From positions 1-21,860 of the forward strand of contig JANLPS010000067.1 in the NCBI GenBank assembly GCA_031367385.1: a stretch of DNA of 21,860 bases, read 5' to 3'. This document shows, piece after piece, positions 14,635-21,860 of the stretch (within the stretch, counting starts at the first letter, position 1; every line of letters begins with the position of its first letter). A program made the translations under genes and the position numbers. Under the pieces are notes generated by a model. That model was given only the letters and a program-made list of their open reading frames with translations. It did no database searches and was not told the origin of the DNA. The DNA is from Archangium sp. (GTDB taxonomy: Bacteria; Myxococcota; Myxococcia; Myxococcales; Myxococcaceae).

Positions 14635-16398
14635 ATGGCTGGTGTGACGTGCCCCCGCTGCGGAACCGTGTCTGCTCCCGACGTTCGGGTATGCCCACGG
14701 TGCAACGCGCCGCTCCAGGCCGCCGGCAAGGGCAAAAGCGCGGCACCGAGCACCCGCCGGGCGCCCACCCCACAGACCCAAGACGACGACCCCGGGGCCA
14801 CCATCGAGGGTGATGACGAGCCCTCGCCCAGGGCGACTCCCCCGACCAAGCCCCGGCAGGCGTCGGTGAGCCGGCGGGTCGGCAGCCCCAAGGCCGAGAC
14901 CTCGACCGCGGGCAAAGACCCGCTGGTCGGCCAGAAGCTGCAAGAATACGTCATCGAGCAGCGCATCGGCTCGGGCGGCATGGGGTACGTCTACCGGGCG
15001 GTGCAGCCGATGATCGGCAAGCACGTCGCCATCAAAATCTTACGCCCCGACGTGGTCACCGACCCCCGCGACATCGAGCGCCTGCTCGACGAGGCCCGGG
15101 TGGTCAACAGCATCAAGCACCGCGGCATCATCAACATTTTCAGCGCGGGCTCGCTCGAAGACGGCCGGCATTACCTCATCATGGAGCTGCTCGAAGGTGA
15201 GCCCCTCGACACCCTGATGACCCGCATGGGCATGGTGCCGGTCGCCGACGCGGTGGTGATTTTGGAGCAGGTGCTCTCGGCGCTCACCGCCGCCCACGCC
15301 GCGGGCATCGTGCACCGCGACTTGAAGCCAGCGAACGTGTTCTTGGTCAAAGAGGGCCCCACCCACTTCGTCAAGCTGCTCGACTTCGGCCTGGCCAGGC
15401 GCAAGCAAGAGCAGGTCACCCGCATCGCCGGCACGCCCGACTACATCTCGCCCGAGCACGCCAAGGGCCGCCCGGCCGGGCCTCCCGCCGACCTCTATGC
15501 CTTCGGCGTGCTCTGTTTTCACATGCTGCTGGGCCGCCTGCCCTTCACCGGCACCAGCCCGATGGAGGTGATGGAGAAGCACGTGCACAGCCCGCCTCCG
15601 GTGCCGCACGAGCTCGACGCGACCATTTCAAAGCCGCTCTCGGAGCTGATTCTCAAGCTGCTCAGCAAGGAGCCCGGCGACCGCCCCGACGCCGAACAGG
15701 TTAGCGCCGACTTGCGCGCGGCCACCAAGCAGCTGCGCAACGCCTCGACGATGATGAGCCTGCAGTCGCTGCCGACGGTGAAGAACCAGGCGGTGGCGGC
15801 GGCGAACGACAAGGCCCGCGGCAAGGCCCTCTCGCGCCAGGCCGAGGTGGCCGACTTGAAGCGCAAGGCTGGTCGCAACTGGCCGCTGATCATCGGCGGC
15901 ATCATCGCGCTGTGGCTGCTGGGCGTGGTGGGCTACGTGGTCTGGCCCGCGGCCCCCCTCGAGGTGGTGCCCAAGCCTGTACGCAGAGACAAGCCTCCGC
16001 CGGTGGTCGGCGTCACCCCTCCGGAGGTGCTCACCAGGCCGCAGCCTGGCCCAAGCAAGACGCCCGACGAGCCGGGCCCCGAGGTGGCGGTCGACCCCCG
16101 GCCCCCCGACGCCGAAGAGACCGACGCCAGCGTCGAAGAGCCAGACGCGCCGCCCGAGAACCTCAAAGAGCCCCGCGACGACGTCTTCTTGGGCGAATGG
16201 CGCCGCGCCCACCACATCGACGAGAAGCTCTCGAGGGTGAAGGCCACGATGGCCATCGACAACGACAAGCGCGAGTACTTTTCGGTGCCGTTCGAGAAGG
16301 TGAACGCCACCTGCGCGGCCGCCACCACGTTGGGCGGGCTGTATGACTGCGAAGACGAGCTCGACAAGCTCGAAAAACGGTTCTTCAAGACCGAGTGA
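14635..16398 (+). CDS. Membrane-anchored Hanks-type Ser/Thr protein kinase with N-terminal zinc ribbon
   Basis: CPRC-x10-CPRC; IGSGGMGYVY, VAIK, HRDLKPAN, DFG, GTPDYISPE; TM helix 'WPLIIGGIIALWLLGVVGYVVW'; Pro-rich linker and small C-terminal helical domain with 2 Cys. Confidence 0.93.
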   Translation: MAGVTCPRCGTVSAPDVRVCPRCNAPLQAAGKGKSAAPSTRRAPTPQTQDDDPGATIEGDDEPSPRATPPTKPRQASVSRRVGSPKAETSTAGKDPLVGQKLQEYVIEQRIGSGGMGYVYRAVQPMIGKHVAIKILRPDVVTDPRDIERLLDEARVVNSIKHRGIINIFSAGSLEDGRHYLIMELLEGEPLDTLMTRMGMVPVADAVVILEQVLSALTAAHAAGIVHRDLKPANVFLVKEGPTHFVKLLDFGLARRKQEQVTRIAGTPDYISPEHAKGRPAGPPADLYAFGVLCFHMLLGRLPFTGTSPMEVMEKHVHSPPPVPHELDATISKPLSELILKLLSKEPGDRPDAEQVSADLRAATKQLRNASTMMSLQSLPTVKNQAVAAANDKARGKALSRQAEVADLKRKAGRNWPLIIGGIIALWLLGVVGYVVWPAAPLEVVPKPVRRDKPPPVVGVTPPEVLTRPQPGPSKTPDEPGPEVAVDPRPPDAEETDASVEEPDAPPENLKEPRDDVFLGEWRRAHHIDEKLSRVKATMAIDNDKREYFSVPFEKVNATCAAATTLGGLYDCEDELDKLEKRFFKTE

Positions 16399-16434
16399 CA
16401 CGAAGGCAGACGCGGTGTACGCCTCTTTGCCTGC

Positions 16435-17490
16435 ATGGCAACCCGAGAAGCGAAGAGAACTGCCCCGCGAACGCAGCCGCTGGTCACCCAGAGCACCGGC
16501 CTGCCGCTCGAGACTGAGCTGCTGCTGCGCATTCACGACACGATGGTCAAAGCCCGCTGCCTCGAGGAGCGGCTGATCGCGATGTACAAGCAGGGCCACG
16601 GTTATTTTTGGATCGGCGGCCCCGGCGAAGAAGCGTTCAACGTACCGCTCGGCCTGCTGATGAAAAAAGGCCAAGGCCCCGCGTTCGACTACGGGCACTT
16701 TCACTACCGCCAGTCGGCCACCATGCTGGCGCTCGGCGAAGAGCCCATCGGCGCGATTCGGCAGATGAAGAACGTCGCGGCCGACCCGTACTCCGGCGGC
16801 CGCAACTTCGCCGGCCACTTCTCGAAGCGCGCGTGGAACATCGCGCCGGTCAGCTCTCCCATCGAGGTGCAGTACGTGATGGCGCCAGGCACGGCCCTGG
16901 CCCAGAAGCGCCACGGCGGAGACGGCATCACCATCGTCACCGGCGGCGACGCGGGCACGGCCGAGGGCGACTTCGCCAGCTGTCTGGTCTGGTCGAGCCG
17001 CCCGGGGCAAGAGCTGCCGGTGCTGATTCTGGTCACCAACAACCGCTGGGGCATCTCGACGCCGTACAGCCAGGTGCAGGCCGTCACCCGCATCTCTGAC
17101 CGCGGCGCTGCGTTCAACATGCAGAGCAAGACCATCGACGGCAATGACCCCATCTCGGCCTACCTCGAGCTCAAAGAGGCCATCGAGTACGTGCGCACCG
17201 AGCGCAAGCCGTACCTGGTCGAGGCCCACGTCTCGCGGCTCTACGGGCACTCATCGGCGTCGGGGGCGAACATCACCGGCGCCGAGGTCGACTGCCTGAC
17301 CCAGTTCGAAGAGAAGCTCGACGCGCACGGCGTTCGCTCGAAGGCCGAGTCGAAGGCGCTGCGCGACCAGTACGCGACGATGATGGGAGACCTGGCCCGC
17401 CAGGTCAAAGACGAGCCGATGCCCGACGCAAGCACCTTGTGGGACCACGCCTTTCACGGTGAGCCGGGTCGCGACCCGCTCGCGGAGTAA
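16435..17490 (+). CDS. TPP-dependent 2-oxoacid dehydrogenase E1 alpha subunit, likely branched-chain (myxobacterial Esg alpha)
   Basis: 'ARCLEERLIAMYKQG..YFWIGGPGEEA', 'HYRQ', TPP motif GDAG..EGD…NN.WGIS, 'IDGND', 'RLYGHSS'. Resembles, from recall, the M. xanthus esg E1 alpha. Confidence 0.9.
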   Translation: MATREAKRTAPRTQPLVTQSTGLPLETELLLRIHDTMVKARCLEERLIAMYKQGHGYFWIGGPGEEAFNVPLGLLMKKGQGPAFDYGHFHYRQSATMLALGEEPIGAIRQMKNVAADPYSGGRNFAGHFSKRAWNIAPVSSPIEVQYVMAPGTALAQKRHGGDGITIVTGGDAGTAEGDFASCLVWSSRPGQELPVLILVTNNRWGISTPYSQVQAVTRISDRGAAFNMQSKTIDGNDPISAYLELKEAIEYVRTERKPYLVEAHVSRLYGHSSASGANITGAEVDCLTQFEEKLDAHGVRSKAESKALRDQYATMMGDLARQVKDEPMPDASTLWDHAFHGEPGRDPLAE

Positions 17491-17497
17491 AAAGCAC

Positions 17498-18553
17498 ATG
17501 GCCAACATGGCTCAAGCCATTCGCATGGCGCTGCACTACGCCGAAGAGAACCTCGGCGTGACCGACATCTTCGGTGAAGACACCGGCAACCCACTGGGTG
17601 GCGTCTTCACCTGCACCCAGGGCCTCAAGACCACGTGGAACACGCCGCTCGACGAGCGCGGCATCGTGGGCATGGCGATTGGGCTCGCGATGGCTGGCGC
17701 CCGGCCGATCGCCGAGATTCAGTTCAGCGACTACATCTACAACACCATCGACCTGCTCAAGCTCGCCGGCAACACCTGTTGGGCGAGCAACGGCGACTGG
17801 CACCTGCCGATGGTGCTGATGACGCCCGTGGGCTCGGGCATTCGCGGCAGCCTCTACCATTCGCACTCGTTCGACGCGACGGCCACCCACATCCCCGGGT
17901 GGAAGATCGTGATGCCGTCGAACCCGCTCGACGCGTACGGGCTGATGCTGTCGGCCTGCAAAGAGCAGAACCCGGTGATGTTCTTGATACCGAAGGCGCT
18001 GATGCGCGTGCGCGGCGACGAGCTCATCCCCGGTGAGCCGGGTGATGACCGGGCGCTGTCGAAGGCGATCGACGCTCCGCTGGGCGACCGCTCGGCCTGG
18101 CGCGCGGCCTGGCCCGAGCTGGTCGACGCCAGCATCGCCATCGGAGAAGCGAAGGTGGTTCGCCCCGGCGCGGGCCTCACGGTGGTGAGCTACGGCCGCA
18201 CGCTGCCGCTGTGTAAGAAGGCCGCCGAGGCGCTGGCCGCAGACGGGCTCGACGCCGAGGTCATCGACCTGCGAACCCTCTTTCCCTACGACTGGGAGTG
18301 CATCAAGCGCAGCGTCGAGAAGACCGGCCGCGTGCTCTTCGTCAACGAAGACACCGAGATCAGCAACTTCGGAGAGCACCTCGCGCGGCGGGTGACGGAG
18401 CAGCTGTTCTACAAGTTGCTCGCGCCTCCCAAGGTGCTGGCGGGCAAGTTCGTGCCGGGCATCGGCCTCGCCGACGCGCTCGAGCTGGCGTCGGTGCCAC
18501 AAGAAGCCGACATCAAAGCGGCAATGCAGGCCTTGGCCTCGCTCGAGCCGTAA
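17498..18553 (+). CDS. 2-oxoacid dehydrogenase E1 beta subunit (Esg beta-like)
   Basis: 'MAQAIRMAL', 'FGED….GGVF..TQGL', 'NTPLDERGIVG.AIGLA..G.RPIAEIQF.DY', 'HSHS', 'EVIDLRTL.P.D', 'SVEKTGR'. Start ATG 17498, 7 nt after the alpha stop (about 351 aa). Confidence 0.92.
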   Translation: MANMAQAIRMALHYAEENLGVTDIFGEDTGNPLGGVFTCTQGLKTTWNTPLDERGIVGMAIGLAMAGARPIAEIQFSDYIYNTIDLLKLAGNTCWASNGDWHLPMVLMTPVGSGIRGSLYHSHSFDATATHIPGWKIVMPSNPLDAYGLMLSACKEQNPVMFLIPKALMRVRGDELIPGEPGDDRALSKAIDAPLGDRSAWRAAWPELVDASIAIGEAKVVRPGAGLTVVSYGRTLPLCKKAAEALAADGLDAEVIDLRTLFPYDWECIKRSVEKTGRVLFVNEDTEISNFGEHLARRVTEQLFYKLLAPPKVLAGKFVPGIGLADALELASVPQEADIKAAMQALASLEP

Positions 18554-18586
18554 AAAGGAGTGGGGCGAGCATGAGCGTGAACGGGT

Positions 18587-21487
18587 TTACTTTCGGCAGG
18601 TGTCGATGTGCTTCACGCTCGCCACCCCGCTCTCACCGGCCTTGACGGCTTCGGCGCGGGCGTGGGTCAGCAGCGCGTTGGCTCGCTTGGCATCGCCCCG
18701 GGTCGCGAGTAACGCACACCCGAGCATCTCTTCGGTCTCAGGCAGGTACTGCGCCTCGAGCCCCGGGCCGTGGGCCAGCGCGAAGCCCTTCTCGAGCAGC
18801 GGCAGCGCCTCGCCCGGGTGGCCGGCGTCGAGCAGCGCTTCGCCCAGGTTCATGAAGCTCCAGATGAGGCCCGGCCCCTCGGGGTCGGGGAGCTGCCGGC
18901 TCAGGGTGAATGACTCCTTCGCCGCGCTCAGGCCCTCGTCGCGTTGACCGGTCGCGAAGAGCGCCCTCGACAGGTTGCCCAAGGCCATCGCCAGGCGCTC
19001 GACGTTGGGCGGGCGCCCGGCGCGGTAGATCTGCACTGCTCGCCGCACCAGGGGCACCAGGTCTGAAAATTCACCCAAGCCGCCTTTGATTGACACCAGG
19101 TTCGAGATGACGCCCGCCACCGATTCACTGTTGGGGCCGCGGGTGGCCTCGTAGCCAGCCAGGGCGCGCTCCAGCGAGAGCTTCGCTTCGCTCAAGCGGC
19201 CCAGGTAGCTGAGCTCGACGCCGAGCCCTTCGAACCCCGCCGCTTGCACCGCGCTCATCGGCGCACCGGTTGCCTCGTACCGCTCGAGGGTCTGGCGGTC
19301 TTCTTTCTCGGCGCCAACGATGTCTCCGGAGTTGAGCAACGCGGCCGAGAGCATGAAGCGGCCCTCGAGAGAGAGCGGGTGGTCGGGCCCCAGCTGCTTC
19401 TCGACCAGGTCGATCGCCCGACGGCAGAGCTCGATGCTCTCGGCCGAGCGATTCATGGCCGTCAGGAGCTTCGACAATTCGAACATCGGCCGCGCGACCA
19501 TCAGCGGCGAGGTGCTGGCGGAGGCTGTACGCAGCGAGACCGCGCGACGCAGCGATACTTCGGCTTCTTGCAGCTGGCCCACCACCGCCTGAATCGAGCC
19601 GAGGCTCGCCGCCATCTGCGCCTCGAGCTCGGGGCTCGCGCCGATGCGCTTGAGCTTGGCTTGTGCGAGCAGCACCCAATGCAGGCCCTCGGTGCCTTGC
19701 GCGAAGCGGCGGGCGAGAAGGTCACCCAATGAGGTGTCGGCGCGAATCGAGAGCAGCGGGTCGCCGGCCTGCTCGGCGAGCAACTGAACCTCCAGCAAAT
19801 CGGCTCGGGCGCCCGCCCAGTCGTCGACCATGCGCTCTGACTCGGCCCGCTCGAAGAGCGTTTCTCCCCTCGCGCCTGGAGACTTCGAGAGCTCGGGGTC
19901 GGCTTCGACGCGCTGATCGCTCGTCTTGGCCAGCGTCAGCGCGTTCTCGAACTGCCCGGCCAGCCGCAGCGCCGCCACCGAGGCCAGCTGCTGCTTGAGC
20001 GCCTCAGGCAGCGCATTGACGGTCGCATCGAGGCTCGCGCCGCTCACGCAGCTCGACACCGGGCCCAGGTTCGCCACCGCTTTGGGCGCCAATTGAATCA
20101 ACGCCGCGTCGGCTTCGGCCAACAGGCCGACCAACGAGTGAAATTCGAGCAGCCGTTGGTCGAGGCAGCCCATGCGGGCATCGAGCACGGCGATGGACTG
20201 CTCGCCGCGCTTGTTGGTGGCCTCGCAGACCTCGGTGCGAGCCGCGACCCAGCCTTCAGCGTATTGGTTCAGCGCCCGCTCGACCTCGGTCAGCGAGCGG
20301 GCGGCGAAGCTCGAGGTCGATGCGGTGAAGGCGGCGCGAAGTCGCTCCTGGTCGGTGCGCTCCCAGACGCCGCGCAGATGCCGCGCGGCGTCGGAGCAGA
20401 GCAGTTGCTGCTGCTGACGGTGCTGCACGCCTGCGAAGGCCACCGCGCCCACCGCCATCACTGCGAGCACCGCGATCGCCCCGAGGCGCACCGCTCGCGT
20501 CGCGTCTCGGGTGAGGTGAGCGCGAAGGGCGGTCATCGAGGCGAAGCGGGTCTCCCTGGGCCCGAGCCCCCGACGCACGGCCTGCTGGAGCCACCGGGGC
20601 ACGCCGCGGGTGTCGGTGATGGGCTCGGGCGCTCCGGCGCGGGTGACGTCGCGGAGGTGGGTCATGGTGACGCCGCGAAAGGGTCTGGTGCCGAAGAGAG
20701 CTTCGTGGAGCGCGACACAAAAGCTGAATTGGTCGCTCAGCGCGTCGGCGGGGGCTCCGTCGAAGACCTCGGGTGACATGTACGCCGGTGTGCCGCGAAT
20801 GCCCGTCGCCATCTGCGCTTCGTCGACCACGGTGGCCCGGCCGAGACCGAAGTCGGCGACCTTCACCACGCCTTCGACGCCGAGGAGCACGTTGGCTGGC
20901 TTGAAGTCGCCGTGCACCAGGCCGGCGGCGTGCGCGGCCTCGAGCCCGCGGGCGGCGTCGATGAACTTCGAGAGCACGGCGCGCCAGCTGCGCGGGGTCG
21001 CGAGCCACTGGGCGAGGGTTTCACCTGCGACCAGCTCCATGACGAGGAAGGTGGTCGCCCCGTCGGTGGCGATCTCGTGCACGTGCACGACGTTGGGGTG
21101 GGAGACCTGCGCCAGCGCGCGCGCTTCGTTGACCAGCGCGGCGTCGACTTCGGTTTGAGGGGAGTGCAACAGCTTGATCGCGACCGAACGCGCGAGCACC
21201 GGGTCGAAGGCACGGTAGACGGTGCCCATGCCGCCGGCGCCGAGGCGCTCGACGACGAGGTAGCGGCCCAGGTGCTCGCCGAGCTTCGGAGCGTGGGCGG
21301 GGGGTTCTCCGCTGAGCGCGGAAATGGAGTCGCCTCGGGTCAGCAGTTGGGCGACGGCGGTCGAGCAGCGGGCGCATTCACCGAGGTGCGGCACCAGACG
21401 CGAGCGGTCGGCCGAGGTCAGGCGGCTGTTGACCAGGTCTTCGAGCACCGCCTGGGTTGCGCAGTCGGCGTTCTCGGGTGGGGGCAT
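18587..21487 (-). CDS. Ser/Thr kinase with N-terminal zf-HC2/ZAS-like motif, TM helix, Cys-rich extracytoplasmic domain and TPR repeats
   Basis: 'HLGECARC' (HxxxCxxC); LGAGGMGTVY, VAIK, HGDFKPAN, DFG, GTPAYMSPE, DQFSFC; TM 'LGAIAVLAVMAVGAVAFAGV'; 'C…ARHLRGVW…YAEGW…C….RGEQS..VLD.RM.CL' domain; kinesin-light-chain-type TPRs ('LGPDHP'). Start set at ATG 21487 (about 966 aa); the extension to 21730 looks non-coding. Confidence 0.88.
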   Translation of the reverse strand: MPPPENADCATQAVLEDLVNSRLTSADRSRLVPHLGECARCSTAVAQLLTRGDSISALSGEPPAHAPKLGEHLGRYLVVERLGAGGMGTVYRAFDPVLARSVAIKLLHSPQTEVDAALVNEARALAQVSHPNVVHVHEIATDGATTFLVMELVAGETLAQWLATPRSWRAVLSKFIDAARGLEAAHAAGLVHGDFKPANVLLGVEGVVKVADFGLGRATVVDEAQMATGIRGTPAYMSPEVFDGAPADALSDQFSFCVALHEALFGTRPFRGVTMTHLRDVTRAGAPEPITDTRGVPRWLQQAVRRGLGPRETRFASMTALRAHLTRDATRAVRLGAIAVLAVMAVGAVAFAGVQHRQQQQLLCSDAARHLRGVWERTDQERLRAAFTASTSSFAARSLTEVERALNQYAEGWVAARTEVCEATNKRGEQSIAVLDARMGCLDQRLLEFHSLVGLLAEADAALIQLAPKAVANLGPVSSCVSGASLDATVNALPEALKQQLASVAALRLAGQFENALTLAKTSDQRVEADPELSKSPGARGETLFERAESERMVDDWAGARADLLEVQLLAEQAGDPLLSIRADTSLGDLLARRFAQGTEGLHWVLLAQAKLKRIGASPELEAQMAASLGSIQAVVGQLQEAEVSLRRAVSLRTASASTSPLMVARPMFELSKLLTAMNRSAESIELCRRAIDLVEKQLGPDHPLSLEGRFMLSAALLNSGDIVGAEKEDRQTLERYEATGAPMSAVQAAGFEGLGVELSYLGRLSEAKLSLERALAGYEATRGPNSESVAGVISNLVSIKGGLGEFSDLVPLVRRAVQIYRAGRPPNVERLAMALGNLSRALFATGQRDEGLSAAKESFTLSRQLPDPEGPGLIWSFMNLGEALLDAGHPGEALPLLEKGFALAHGPGLEAQYLPETEEMLGCALLATRGDAKRANALLTHARAEAVKAGESGVASVKHIDTCRK

Positions 21488-21785
21488 GGGCCAGGCATTC
21501 GGGTGCACAGTGCCCAGGTTGTCAAGTCGGGGGTCGAGGGCGGCTTTTGAGGTGGGCGGGTTCGGGGTTCTTGCGGCCCACTGCTCGTCGCGACCGGCGC
21601 GTTGGCGCGTGAACTTTGGGTGACTCGTTGACTCATCGTCGTGCGAGGGGGCGATCGTCAGCCTGGGTGACGAAGGGCGTGCGATTGACCCCGCCGACGG
21701 GTGGCTGCGCGAGCTTGAAAAACGGGGCATACCGGTGACACAACGCGCGGCGGTAAAACGCTCGACACTTCAAAGGGCTGAACAC

Positions 21786-21860
21786 ATGCGCTTCATCTGG
21801 GTCATTGCATTCGCAGGCTTCGTCGGGTGCACCGGCGGGAGCGGCGCCGGTGGAGCGACA
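21786..21860 (+). CDS. 5' end of a probable lipoprotein (runs off the window)
   Basis: ATG 21786 gives MRFIWVIAFAGFVGC-TGGSGAGGAT: signal peptide II with an FVGC lipobox followed by a Gly-rich tether. AAAGGG lies upstream. Confidence 0.65.
   Translation, partial: MRFIWVIAFAGFVGCTGGSGAGGAT

Noticed and set aside
16403..16432. Hairpin AGGCAGA…TTTGCCT between the kinase and E1 alpha as a terminator
   Set aside because: Imperfect stem with no U-tract, abutting the start codon; it may affect translation or processing but cannot be called.
21488..21730. 81-codon extension of the TPR kinase, and TTGACA at 21525-21520 as its promoter
   Set aside because: The extension is low-complexity Ser/Pro/Arg sequence typical of non-coding DNA. 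The -35 is perfect but the matching -10 (CCGAAT) is too poor to call.

Overview
GC-rich chromosomal segment from a myxobacterium (Myxococcota, Myxococcaceae/Archangiaceae-like), judged from gene content. I see no RNA genes, CRISPR arrays or mobile elements. Left to right: a radical SAM gene (-); the oar locus, with the Oar TonB-dependent transporter and the MlpA-like lipoprotein on (-) and tonB-exbB-exbD-exbD divergent on (+); a DUF2378 gene (+); a CmpB/TMEM229-like membrane protein (-); comM/yifB (+) behind a good sigma54 promoter; a possible small lipoprotein ORF (+); an M16 zinc peptidase (-); a membrane Ser/Thr kinase apparently co-transcribed with the esg-type 2-oxoacid dehydrogenase E1 alpha/beta genes (+); a convergent ZAS-kinase-TM-TPR receptor kinase (-); and the start of a lipoprotein (+). 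Most of this is recognisable myxobacterial core biology. The best leads are inferences: kinase control of the E1 enzyme, sigma54 control of comM, MlpA as a lid partner of Oar, an M16 peptidase near a protein-transporting TonB-dependent transporter, and an orphan ribosome-binding site plus ATG after the E1 beta gene. Family assignments come from motif recognition, not database searches.
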